Positions 1 to 8,557 of a DNA stretch of 41,982 nucleotides are shown here, in pieces. The notes under the pieces are model-generated. The model searched no databases. It was not told the DNA's origin and saw only the letters and a program-made list of their open reading frames with translations. Each line of letters starts with the position of its first letter. Position 1 is the stretch's first letter. The position numbers and the translations under genes are program-made. This DNA is from Paludibacteraceae bacterium (GTDB lineage Bacteria; Bacteroidota; Bacteroidia; Bacteroidales; Paludibacteraceae), in NCBI GenBank assembly GCA_904502115.1, contig CAJGDW010000001.1:1-41982 (forward strand). The letters run 5' to 3'.

Positions 1-849
1 TACGACTTTTTTGATCCAACTCAACTGCTGCATAGTCTCGAAACCAAGCTGGTTAAAAACCTATTTTTTGCCGGTCAAATCAATGGAACTACGGGTTACG
101 AGGAAGCAGGCGGACAGGGCTTAATTGCAGGTATCAACGCCCACCTGGCTACCCAAGGAACAGACCGTTTTAGCTTGGGCAGAGACGAAGCCTACATTGG
201 CGTACTGATAGACGATTTGGTAACCAAAGGCGTTGACGAACCCTATAGAATGTTTACCTCGCGCGCGGAATACCGCATCCTGTTGCGTCAAGACGATGCC
301 GATGCTCGCTTAACTCCCAAATCTAGACAAATTGGCTTGGCCGACGACAGACGTTGGAACCTGCTACAAGAAAAGAAACAACACTGCGAAGCATTGAGCG
401 AATTGCTTCGTGCCGAATCGGCTACCCCCGAGCAAGTAAACGAAGGCTTGCGTGCATTGGGTAGTTCTGAAATAAAACACCGCCATAGATTGAACGAATT
501 ATTGCTTCGTCCTGGCGTCGATTTGGCGTTCTTGGCAGCACGTGTTCCCGTGCTTCAAAAAGCGGTTGATGCCCTACCCAACCGTAAAGAAGAAATCATG
601 GAAGAGGTAGAAATTACCTTTAAATATGCTGGCTATATTGATCGCGAAAAACAAATTGCCGAGAAATTACACCGCCTAGAACACATTAAAATTAAAGGCA
701 AATTTGACTACGCTTCCATTACCGCTATATCGACCGAAGCACGTCAAAAACTCATTAAAACTGACCCAGAAACCATTGCACAAGCAAGCCGTATTCCAGG
801 CGTATCGCCTAGCGACGTAAACATCTTGCTAGTAATGATGGGAAGGTAA
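1..849 (+). CDS. mnmG: tRNA uridine 5-carboxymethylaminomethyl modification enzyme MnmG/GidA, C-terminal part; the 5' end lies upstream of the window
   Basis: Frame 1 is open from nt 1 (YDFFDPTQLLHSLETKLVKNLFFAGQINGTTGYEEAGGQGLIAGINA...). The tracked start at 175 is an internal TTG. GQINGTTGYEEA and MFTSRAEYRILLRQDDAD blocks are MnmG hallmarks. Stop TAA at 847-849. Confidence 0.95.
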   Translation, partial: YDFFDPTQLLHSLETKLVKNLFFAGQINGTTGYEEAGGQGLIAGINAHLATQGTDRFSLGRDEAYIGVLIDDLVTKGVDEPYRMFTSRAEYRILLRQDDADARLTPKSRQIGLADDRRWNLLQEKKQHCEALSELLRAESATPEQVNEGLRALGSSEIKHRHRLNELLLRPGVDLAFLAARVPVLQKAVDALPNRKEEIMEEVEITFKYAGYIDREKQIAEKLHRLEHIKIKGKFDYASITAISTEARQKLIKTDPETIAQASRIPGVSPSDVNILLVMMGR

Positions 850-866
850 TTAAGGCGCTGCGCGCC

Positions 867-898
867 GGTGAATCGGTGAATCGGTGAATCGGTGAATC
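867..898. repeat. Tandem array (GGTGAATC)x4 with an 8-bp period, directly after the mnmG stop and a short GC hairpin (GGCGC-TGC-GCGCC, 853-865)
   Basis: Four exact consecutive copies read directly. The reverse complement (CGATTCAC CGATT) recurs at 26944-26956. Tracked ORFs 744-1077 on the minus strand (FTDSPIHRFTDSPIH) are just translations of this array. Confidence 0.9.
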
Positions 899-960
899 GA
901 TAAAGAGTGGAGAAAGGAGACGTATTGATGACCGTAAGGGAATAAAGGAGAAATGAGCTT

Positions 961-976
961 TGTTCCACGTGGAACA
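961..976. other. parS centromere-like site (ParB/Spo0J binding), perfect 16-bp palindrome TGTTCCACGTGGAACA
   Basis: Exact palindrome, one position away from the B. subtilis-type parS TGTTCCACGTGAAACA. Intergenic position next to the origin-proximal marker mnmG. Confidence 0.8.
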
Positions 977-1007
977 TAATACAATAATACCAATAAACAA
1001 CACCAAA

Positions 1008-1023
1008 TGTTCCACGTGGAACA
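1008..1023. other. Second parS site, identical TGTTCCACGTGGAACA
   Basis: Identical 16-mer, 47 bp centre to centre from the first. Followed by GACAAGT GACAATC GACAAAC (1027-1047), a 7-bp-period triple. Confidence 0.8.
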
Positions 1024-1058
1024 AGCGACAAGTGACAATCGACAAACAACATAATTAT

Positions 1059-1583
1059 ATGACCTTACAAGAAGCACAAAAAATTATTCGCACCGTACAA
1101 GACTTTCCTAAAAAAGGAATCGGTTTTATCGATTTGGTTCAACCTTTGCAAAACGTTGAATTTGTAGATTGCGTTCGTAACGAACTAAAATCGTTGTACC
1201 AAGACAAGGGAATCACCAAAATTGTAGCCGTTGAATCGCGTGGTTACTTTTTTAGTTCTATCCTAGCTGCCGATATCAAAGCAGGCATGGCACCCATTCG
1301 TAAAAAAGGAAAATTACCTCCCGAAACCATTCAAGAAACCTACCAAAAAGAATACGGCGAGGACACCATCGAAATGCTAAAAGATAGCGTAACCGAGGAC
1401 GATGTAGTTTTGCTACACGACGATATTTTGGCAACAGGCGGCACCATTCAAGCAGCCTGCAACATGCTTCGTAAAATTGGCGTAAAAAAGATTTACATCA
1501 ACTTTATTGGCGAAATTGACTTCCTAGAAGGAAGAAAATGCATCGACCCTGAAATAGAAACCACTGCTCTATTCCATTTTTAA
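1059..1583 (+). CDS. apt: Adenine phosphoribosyltransferase (174 aa)
   Basis: From the internal ATG at 1059: MTLQEAQKIIRTVQDFPKKGIGFIDLV... and the PRPP-binding motif VVLLHDDILATGGT. The tracked start at 960 reads through the parS sites (MFHVEH, CSTWN), so I reject it. Confidence 0.9.
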   Translation: MTLQEAQKIIRTVQDFPKKGIGFIDLVQPLQNVEFVDCVRNELKSLYQDKGITKIVAVESRGYFFSSILAADIKAGMAPIRKKGKLPPETIQETYQKEYGEDTIEMLKDSVTEDDVVLLHDDILATGGTIQAACNMLRKIGVKKIYINFIGEIDFLEGRKCIDPEIETTALFHF

Positions 1584-3385
1584 TGCCCTACACCGACCAC
1601 ATAAAACAATTGGTAGCTGCCCTGCCTAACACGCCGGGGGTATACCAATATTTTAACCAAGAAGGTAAGATTATTTATGTGGGCAAGGCAAAAAACTTGA
1701 AGCGACGCGTATCGTCGTATTTCAACAAATCGCAACAAAGCGCCAAAGTAACGGCATTGGTAAAACACATATACGATCTAAAATACATCGTAGTGGAGAG
1801 CGAAACCGATGCCTTGTTGTTGGAAAATAACCTGATCAAACAATACCAACCACACTACAACATTTTGCTAAAAGATGGCAAAACATACCCTTGGTTGTGT
1901 ATTACAAAAGAAGAATATCCGCGCATATTTAAAACGCGTCAGGTAATGCGCGGTGCTGAATATTTTGGACCCTACAGCTCGGTTTGGGTACTGGATACCC
2001 TACTGGATTTAATACGTAGCATCTACCCGGTAAGAACGTGCAAAATGCCCCTTTTTACCGATAAAATTGAGGCGGGCAAATACAAGCTGTGCTTGGAGTA
2101 TCATATTAAAAATTGCATGGGTCCTTGCGAGGGAAAACAAAGCAAAGAAGCGTACCAAAAAATGATTACCGAAATCAGGGAAATTGCCAAGGGCAATAGC
2201 TCGGTAATTACAAGCATGCTGCAAAATGAAATGAAGCAATTGGCCGCCGAATATCGATTTGAAGAAGCGGCGGCTGTAAAGGCCAAATACGACGCACTGC
2301 TGCAATATCGCAACAAAACCGTTATTACTACCACCGCTACCGAAAACATGGATGTAATGAGCTACGAAGAAGATGGAAACGCTGTTTACATCAACATGCT
2401 ACACATAGTAGAGGGGTCTATTGTAAAAGGTCTCACCATTGAATACAACAAACTCATGGACGAAGCACCCGAAGAGGTACTAGCCATGGGCATGTTAGAA
2501 TTGCGCGACAGGCTTGGCAGCAAGGCTAAAACGGTGCTGGTTCCATTTATTCCATCCATTGAACTGGACGGCGTAACCCTAAGCATTCCACAACGGGGCG
2601 ACAAGAAAAAACTGCTGGATTTATCGGCACAAAACGTAAAACAGTACAAGGTTGACAAGTACAAGATAAGCGAAAAATTAAACCCCGAACAACGCCAAAC
2701 ACAGGTACTGAATGCGCTAAAAGAGCACCTAAAATTAGAGAAGTTGCCCATGCATATTGAGTGTTTTGACAACTCAAATATATCGGGCGATAGCGCAGTA
2801 GCAGCTTGCGTGGTGTACAAAAAAGCCAAACCTTCCAAACAAGATTACCGAAAATACACCATAAAAACAGTGCAAGGTCCGGACGATTATGCCTCGATGC
2901 GAGAGGTAGTGTTCCGCCGTTATAAACGCATGCTGGAGGAACAAACTCCCCTACCCGATTTAATTGTAGCCGATGGGGGGATTGGCCAAATGGAATCGAT
3001 TCGCCAGGTAATAGAAGACGAATTGCAGCTGAACATTCCCATTGCCGGGTTGGCAAAAAACGACAAGCACCAAACGCGCGAATTGCTTTTTGGATTTCCA
3101 CCACAAAGCATCGGGCTGAAAGCAACCGACGCTTGCTTTAAATTTTTGGCAGGCATGCAAGAAGAAGTGCATCGATACGCCATCGAATTTCATCGAGACA
3201 AGCGAAGCAAGAAACAAACGGCCTCGGAGCTGGACGAAATCAAAGGAATTGGCGAAGAAACCAAAAATAAACTTTTATTAACATTTAAAAGCGTAAAACG
3301 CATCAAAGAAGCAACACTCGAAAACCTAGAAAATTGCATCGGAAAATACAGAGCATCAATAATTTACGATTATTTTCACGGTTAA
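1583..3385 (+). CDS. uvrC: Excinuclease ABC subunit C (600 aa)
   Basis: N-terminal GIY-YIG module (GVYQYFNQEGKIIYVGKAKNLKRRVSSYF), UvrC length, C-terminal HhH region. The ATG overlaps the apt stop by 1 nt (TAATG). Confidence 0.95.
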   Translation: MPYTDHIKQLVAALPNTPGVYQYFNQEGKIIYVGKAKNLKRRVSSYFNKSQQSAKVTALVKHIYDLKYIVVESETDALLLENNLIKQYQPHYNILLKDGKTYPWLCITKEEYPRIFKTRQVMRGAEYFGPYSSVWVLDTLLDLIRSIYPVRTCKMPLFTDKIEAGKYKLCLEYHIKNCMGPCEGKQSKEAYQKMITEIREIAKGNSSVITSMLQNEMKQLAAEYRFEEAAAVKAKYDALLQYRNKTVITTTATENMDVMSYEEDGNAVYINMLHIVEGSIVKGLTIEYNKLMDEAPEEVLAMGMLELRDRLGSKAKTVLVPFIPSIELDGVTLSIPQRGDKKKLLDLSAQNVKQYKVDKYKISEKLNPEQRQTQVLNALKEHLKLEKLPMHIECFDNSNISGDSAVAACVVYKKAKPSKQDYRKYTIKTVQGPDDYASMREVVFRRYKRMLEEQTPLPDLIVADGGIGQMESIRQVIEDELQLNIPIAGLAKNDKHQTRELLFGFPPQSIGLKATDACFKFLAGMQEEVHRYAIEFHRDKRSKKQTASELDEIKGIGEETKNKLLLTFKSVKRIKEATLENLENCIGKYRASIIYDYFHG

Positions 3386-3460
3386 TTAAGTGTCTCAGAA
3401 TTAAAAATTTGAGCATCGACCGTATAGCGAGTCGTAAAAATCAGCATAAAAAACAGAAAA

Positions 3461-3913
3461 ATGAGGGTAGTTATACAACGTGTTACTTTTGCCAAAGTAG
3501 AGGTAGATAAAAAAGTAGTGGGCGAAATTGAAAATGGCATGATGATTTTGGTGGGCTTTGAAAACGAAGACACCAACGAAGATTTAACTTGGATGGCAGG
3601 CAAAATTACATCGCTTCGAATTTTTGACGACGAGCAAGGGGTGATGAACAAATCCATCATCGATGCGGGCGGCGACATTTTATGCATCAGCCAATTTACC
3701 TTGCATGCCCTTACCAAAAAAGGCAATCGCCCATCGTACATTAAAGCGGCCAAAGGCGAAGTGGCAGAACCGCTGTACCACGAATTTTGCAACAAATTAA
3801 AAAATAACTTGAATAAAGAAATAAAAAAAGGTATTTTTGGAGCTGATATGAAAGTGTCGCTCTTAAACGACGGACCTGTTACCATCTGTATCGATTCTAA
3901 AAACAAAGAATAA
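3461..3913 (+). CDS. dtd: D-aminoacyl-tRNA (D-Tyr-tRNA) deacylase (150 aa)
   Basis: MRVVIQRV... start, SQFTL motif, typical 150-aa length. Confidence 0.92.
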   Translation: MRVVIQRVTFAKVEVDKKVVGEIENGMMILVGFENEDTNEDLTWMAGKITSLRIFDDEQGVMNKSIIDAGGDILCISQFTLHALTKKGNRPSYIKAAKGEVAEPLYHEFCNKLKNNLNKEIKKGIFGADMKVSLLNDGPVTICIDSKNKE

Positions 3914-4786
3914 ATGAAAGACTTTAAAGAATTATTTGAAAGCTATCCCCTACCCGCTACCGAAGAACAAATTAAAGCGGATGTAAAAAATATCATCGAC
4001 AAACGTTTTGAACAAGTAGACCGTTTGAGCACTTGCAAAGAATTGTTTGCACACCTAGAACTTACCACCCTAAAAGTAACCGATAACGAGGATACCGTAA
4101 AGGCATTGGTAGAAAAGGTAAACGATATGGACGAACATTTCCCAGAGTTGAGCAAACCCATGGGCATTTGCGTGTATCCATCGTTGGTAGAAACGGTAAA
4201 AAACAGCCTTACCGAAGACGTAAAAATAGTAACCGTAATTGGTTTCCCATCGTCGCAAACCTATTTGGAAGTAAAAGTGGCAGAAACCGCTTTAGCGCTC
4301 TCGTACGGCGCTGACGAGATTGATATGGTACTTCCTGTAGGAAAATTCTTACAAGGCAACTACGACGAAGTATTTGACGAAATTTCGGAGATTAAAGACT
4401 GTTGTCGTGGTGCCAAATTAAAAGTGATTTTGGAAACAGGCGCATTGGGCAGTATTGAAAACATCCACAAAGCCGCTATTTTGGCCATGGAAGCAGGTGC
4501 TGACTTTATCAAAACATCAACTGGTAAAGACCAACCCACCAACCTGTACCATGTATATGCCATGTGCAAAGCCATGGATGCTTACTACAAACAAACCCAA
4601 AAAAGAGCGGGTATTAAAGTGGCAGGTGGCGTAACCACCAAACAAGATGCCTTGCTTTACTATTGCATTGTAAGCGAACTATTGGACGAAGAATGGCTAA
4701 CGCCCGATTACTTGCGCATTGGCGCCAGCAAATTGGCCAACAACCTGCTTACCGAAATTGAAAAAGAAGAGATACAATACTTTTAA
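3914..4786 (+). CDS. deoC: Deoxyribose-phosphate aldolase, long form (290 aa)
   Basis: ADFIKTSTGK Schiff-base lysine motif and EIDMV block. Abuts the dtd stop. Confidence 0.85.
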   Translation: MKDFKELFESYPLPATEEQIKADVKNIIDKRFEQVDRLSTCKELFAHLELTTLKVTDNEDTVKALVEKVNDMDEHFPELSKPMGICVYPSLVETVKNSLTEDVKIVTVIGFPSSQTYLEVKVAETALALSYGADEIDMVLPVGKFLQGNYDEVFDEISEIKDCCRGAKLKVILETGALGSIENIHKAAILAMEAGADFIKTSTGKDQPTNLYHVYAMCKAMDAYYKQTQKRAGIKVAGGVTTKQDALLYYCIVSELLDEEWLTPDYLRIGASKLANNLLTEIEKEEIQYF

Positions 4787-4818
4787 AAATTAAGGCTCTC
4801 ATGAGAGCCTTAATTTTT
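4785..4818. terminator. Bidirectional intrinsic terminator between convergent deoC and ychF
   Basis: Perfect 16-nt arms AAAAATTAAGGCTCTC / GAGAGCCTTAATTTTT around AT. The GC core is flanked by an A-run and a T-run, so it works in both orientations. Confidence 0.85.
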
Positions 4819-4869
4819 AGTCAAAAGTTATAAACTTACTTTTAAAGGAGGAATTTCAAGGCGTCCATA

Positions 4870-5967
4870 CTAAACATTAAAACGGAAGTGCATTATATCA
4901 CCATCCTGCACCACGTATTCTTTACCCTCTACGCTCATTTTGCCCGCTTCTTTACAAGCAGCTTCAGAGCCCAAAGCAATGAAATCTTCGTATTTGATAA
5001 CTTCGGCACGAATAAAACCTTTTTCAAAGTCGGTGTGAATAACACCAGCACATTGAGGTGCTTTCCAACCTCTGTGGAAAGTCCATGCACGTACTTCTTG
5101 CACACCTGCCGTGATATAGGTTTGCAAATCTAGCAATTTATAAGCTGCTTTGATAAGGCGGGCAACACCCGACTCTTTCAAACCTACTTCTTCTAGGAAC
5201 ATTTGGCGTTCTTCGTAGGTTTCTAACTCGGCAATATCGGCTTCGGTAGCAGCAGCAACAATTAAAATTTCGGCGTTTTCGTCTTTTACTGCTTCGCGTA
5301 CCGCGTCCACGTAAGCATTACCGTTTACTGCACTGGCTTCGTCTACGTTGCAAACATACATAACAGGTTTGTCGGTTAGCAAGCAAAGATCGCGTACCAA
5401 TTTGCGTTGTTCTTTGTCTAGTTCTACGGTACGAGCCGATTTACCTTGTTCCAATGCCTCTTTATACATGGCATAAATGGTATAAAGCGCTTTGGCGTTT
5501 TTGTCGCCTGCATTGGCTTGTTTGTAAACTTTTTGAATGCGGCTGTCGATGGTTTCAAGGTCTTTTAATTGCAACTCCATGTCGATGATTTCTTTGTCAC
5601 GAACAGGGTCTACACTACCATCTACGTGGGTAACATTTTCGTTATCGAAACAACGCAACACGTGCAAAATTGCATCGGTTTCGCGGATGTTTGCCAAGAA
5701 TTTATTGCCCAAGCCTTCGCCTTTGCTAGCACCCTTTACCAAACCTGCAATGTCTACAATTTCTACGGTAGTAGGTACAATGCGTTGCGGATTGATTAAC
5801 TTAGCCAACTCGTTAAGACGTTCGTCGGGAACAGTAATAACACCTACGTTGGGTTCGATGGTACAAAAAGGGAAATTGGCAGCTTGTGCCTTAGCGTTCG
5901 ATAAACAGTTGAAAAGGGTCGATTTTCCTACATTTGGAAGCCCTACAATGCCACATTGTAATGCCAT
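4870..5967 (-). CDS. ychF: Ribosome-binding ATPase YchF (365 aa)
   Basis: MALQCGIVGLPNVGKSTLFN P-loop, NFPFCTIEPN, C-terminal TGS-like VVQDGDIMHFRFNV. Confidence 0.95.
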   Translation of the reverse strand: MALQCGIVGLPNVGKSTLFNCLSNAKAQAANFPFCTIEPNVGVITVPDERLNELAKLINPQRIVPTTVEIVDIAGLVKGASKGEGLGNKFLANIRETDAILHVLRCFDNENVTHVDGSVDPVRDKEIIDMELQLKDLETIDSRIQKVYKQANAGDKNAKALYTIYAMYKEALEQGKSARTVELDKEQRKLVRDLCLLTDKPVMYVCNVDEASAVNGNAYVDAVREAVKDENAEILIVAAATEADIAELETYEERQMFLEEVGLKESGVARLIKAAYKLLDLQTYITAGVQEVRAWTFHRGWKAPQCAGVIHTDFEKGFIRAEVIKYEDFIALGSEAACKEAGKMSVEGKEYVVQDGDIMHFRFNV

Positions 5968-5992
5968 AACATAAATTAATTGAATTTGAGCG

Positions 5993-6000
5993 CAAAAGTA
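5993..6000 (-). promoter_or_regulatory. Bacteroidota -7 promoter box TACTTTTG (minus strand) for ychF
   Basis: Plus strand reads CAAAAGTA. Matches TAnnTTTG, 26 nt upstream of the ychF ATG. Confidence 0.55.
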
Positions 6001-6013
6001 GTAAAAAATTACC

Positions 6014-6021
6014 TATTTTTG
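6014..6021 (+). promoter_or_regulatory. Bacteroidota -7 promoter box TATTTTTG for the 6040 gene
   Basis: Matches TAnnTTTG, 19 nt upstream of the ATG at 6040. Argues against the tracked TTG start at 5980. Confidence 0.55.
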
Positions 6022-6039
6022 CCCAATAAATTCTATTCG

Positions 6040-6939
6040 ATGAACAAAAAGACCAAAATAATTATTTCTATCATGGCAATAATTGGCACGCTCATTATTG
6101 CTGCGTTGACTGTATTGCTAGTAAATACGTATTCTAATTTGAACCAAACAGAAAGCGAAATAAAAGAAATAGAAAAGGTAATGGAGTTTGAAAAACAAGT
6201 TTCTATCGAAGAATTTGAAAAACTTTCACAAGAATACGAAGAGTTTTACATTGAAATCAATAACGACTCCTTGCTTCAACTTATTAACGAAGAAAAACAA
6301 AAAGTAAAGGACCTTCTACAAGAACTAAAAACCGTAAAAGCAACCAATGCTAAACGTATTAGGGAATTACAAAAAGAGTTGGGAACTGTTAGGGGTGTAT
6401 TAAAACAATACATCGCTCAGGTTGACTCACTTAACCACGAAAACATCAAGTTAACCCAAGAAAACGTCAAAGTACGCAAACAATACGAATCGGCTACCAA
6501 AACGGTAAAAGAAATGGAAGAAAAAAATGCCGAATTGGGTAAACTAATTGATATGGCAGCCGTTTTAGAAGCTCAAAATATTCAGGTAAGAACCCTAAAT
6601 AATAAGGGTAACGATACCAAAAGATTGAAACGCATTACCAAATTTGAATTTTGCTTTACCATTTTACGCAACATAACCGCCGAAAGAGGCGAAAAAACCA
6701 TCTACATCTGTATTAACGCTCCAAGCGGAGAAGTTATGACCTTATCGCCCGACCAATTGTTTACTTTCGAAGAGAATGAAATAGCCTACTCGGCTAAGAA
6801 AAACATTGCATATACGGGCGAAAACACCGATGTATGCATCTACTACGACATTGAAAATGCATTGGAAAAAGGCACCTATCACATTGGTATTTTTGCCGAT
6901 GGAAACTTAATTGGAACAACCGGCTTTGCTCTTAACTAA
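6040..6939 (+). CDS. Hypothetical membrane-anchored coiled-coil protein with a beta-rich C-terminal domain (299 aa)
   Basis: MNKKTKIIISIMAIIGTLIIAALTVLLV is a single N-terminal TM segment. About 170 aa of E/K/Q-rich heptad-like sequence follow, then a C-terminal domain (TIYICINAPSGEVM...GTYHIGIFADGNLIG). I recognise no family. Confidence 0.7.
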   Translation: MNKKTKIIISIMAIIGTLIIAALTVLLVNTYSNLNQTESEIKEIEKVMEFEKQVSIEEFEKLSQEYEEFYIEINNDSLLQLINEEKQKVKDLLQELKTVKATNAKRIRELQKELGTVRGVLKQYIAQVDSLNHENIKLTQENVKVRKQYESATKTVKEMEEKNAELGKLIDMAAVLEAQNIQVRTLNNKGNDTKRLKRITKFEFCFTILRNITAERGEKTIYICINAPSGEVMTLSPDQLFTFEENEIAYSAKKNIAYTGENTDVCIYYDIENALEKGTYHIGIFADGNLIGTTGFALN

Positions 6940-6944
6940 ACAGC

Positions 6945-8048
6945 ATGAGTAGCATATACATTCATATTCCTTTTTGCCAATGTAGATGCTCATACTGCGA
7001 TTTTTATTCCACCACACAACTCGCATCGCGCGACGAATACGTCAACGCACTTTGCCATGAACTTGTTCAACGCAAAAACGAGCTGCCCACTACTCCCATT
7101 CAAACCGTTTACTTGGGCGGAGGCACTCCTTCTGTGCTTACCCCAAAGCAATTAGACCGTATTTTTACCATGCTGGGGGCTCATTATAACCTTTCTCAAC
7201 TGCAAGAATGTACCATTGAGTGCAATCCAGACGATATAAACAGTGTGTATTTATCGGATTTAAAATCCTTTCCCATTAACCGAATCAGCATGGGAATACA
7301 ATCGTTTAACGATGATGAATTAACCTTGATGAACCGACGACATACGGCCAAACAAGCCATACAAGCCGTTCATGATATCGTAAATGCTGGGTATAGCAAT
7401 TGCAGCATCGATTTGATATACGGATTGCCACAGCAAAGTGTAGAAACATGGGATTTGAATCTAAAAACGGCTTTATCATTGCCCATTAAACACCTATCTG
7501 CTTACCATCTTACCTACGAAAAAGGAACTAAAATGTTTGGGTATCAGCAACAGGCAGTGAGCGAAGAAGATAGCTGCTTGATGTTTGAAACCTTGCACCA
7601 ACGTACCCAGCAAGCTGGCATGGAAGCCTACGAAATATCCAATTTTGCCTACCCAGGTTATCGATCCAATCACAACAGTCGTTATTGGCAAAACAAACCC
7701 TATTTGGGCATTGGCGCAGCGGCTCATTCGTACAACGGAATTAATAAAAGAAGGTGGAATGTGGCAGATTTAACAAAATACATTGTTGGAATTACTCAAA
7801 ATAATGCTAATTTTGAAGAGGAATTGCTTGATAACGACGATTTATACAACGAGTTACTATTAACATCGTTACGTACAAAAGAAGGCGTTAATACGGCGCT
7901 AATTCCACCCCAATACCAACAGCATTTTGCTAGGCAAAGTAAAAAATACCTAGACAAAGGCATGCTTTTATTACAAGATGGTTGGTGTCAATTAACCCCA
8001 AAAGGCATTTTTATATCCGATGGCATTATTTGCGATTTGATGGTATGA
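6945..8048 (+). CDS. hemW: Radical SAM heme chaperone HemW / HemN-like protein (367 aa)
   Basis: IYIHIPFCQCRCSYCDF CxxxCxxC radical-SAM cluster motif, GGGTPS, HemN_C-like tail. Confidence 0.88.
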   Translation: MSSIYIHIPFCQCRCSYCDFYSTTQLASRDEYVNALCHELVQRKNELPTTPIQTVYLGGGTPSVLTPKQLDRIFTMLGAHYNLSQLQECTIECNPDDINSVYLSDLKSFPINRISMGIQSFNDDELTLMNRRHTAKQAIQAVHDIVNAGYSNCSIDLIYGLPQQSVETWDLNLKTALSLPIKHLSAYHLTYEKGTKMFGYQQQAVSEEDSCLMFETLHQRTQQAGMEAYEISNFAYPGYRSNHNSRYWQNKPYLGIGAAAHSYNGINKRRWNVADLTKYIVGITQNNANFEEELLDNDDLYNELLLTSLRTKEGVNTALIPPQYQQHFARQSKKYLDKGMLLLQDGWCQLTPKGIFISDGIICDLMV

Positions 8049-8557
8049 AGTTTATTCTAACATACAAAAAAACCATTCTATTCAGCATATTATTGTTGAT
8101 TGTATCGTTGATTAAATTTCCTTCTGTAGACGATATTTTGAACATGCTGTGGGTAGACGTCGTACCCATTCATCCTACCATCGAAAATTCCATTGTTAGC
8201 ATTAGCGTTACCCAAAATGTAGATAAATACGAACACTGTTTTTTATACGCTATTTTGGTGTTTTTAATGTGGATGGAAATTCCCAAAAAACACAGAAAAA
8301 AACAATATAACATCCTATTCATTTATGCATCATCGTTGGGGATAATCATTGAATTATTACAAGGTTTAACCCCTCATCGATCGCTAAATGTAATGGATAT
8401 TGTAGCCAATACAGCGGGTATTAGCATTTCCTTAATTCTCATCTTTATAATGTCTTATTTTTATGTACGAAAACGAAAAAATGTACCAGCTGGCATTGAC
8501 CCTCCTCAAAGGTGTTGGCCCTGTCAATGCAAAAAATTTAGTAAATTGTTTAGGTAA
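8045..8557 (+). CDS. VanZ-like membrane protein (170 aa)
   Basis: ATGA overlap with the hemW stop. TM-rich sequence: YEHCFLYAILVFLMW, GIIIELLQGLTPHRSLNVMDIVANTAGISISLILIF. The basic tail overlaps the dprA 5' end. Confidence 0.7.
   Translation: MKFILTYKKTILFSILLLIVSLIKFPSVDDILNMLWVDVVPIHPTIENSIVSISVTQNVDKYEHCFLYAILVFLMWMEIPKKHRKKQYNILFIYASSLGIIIELLQGLTPHRSLNVMDIVANTAGISISLILIFIMSYFYVRKRKNVPAGIDPPQRCWPCQCKKFSKLFR

Noticed and set aside
744-1077. Three minus-strand ORFs (75-102 aa) and the long N-terminal extension of the plus-strand ORF starting at 960
   Set aside because: They lie wholly in the mnmG-apt spacer and are translations of the GGTGAATC array (FTDSPIHRFTDSPIH) and the parS palindromes (MFHVEH, CSTWN, VPRGT). 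There is no coding signal. apt starts at 1059.
2386-3217. Several antisense ORFs of 85-192 aa inside uvrC
   Set aside because: They are fully embedded opposite a confidently identified gene. Their Ser/Leu/Cys/Arg-rich shadow-frame composition shows no motifs.
3382-3906. A 174-aa minus-strand ORF covering all of dtd and longer than dtd itself
   Set aside because: The third-codon positions of the two strands coincide, which is the classic stop-poor shadow frame. The sequence is low-complexity (S/L/F/T), and there is no promoter box or plausible start context. dtd on the plus strand is unambiguous.
5537-5974. A 145-aa plus-strand ORF antisense to ychF. Similar cases are 20597-21046 (antisense to the methyltransferase), 32908-33444 (antisense across mrdA/rodA) and 23785-24123.
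   Set aside because: All are shadow ORFs opposite well-supported genes. None has a recognisable domain or independent signals.
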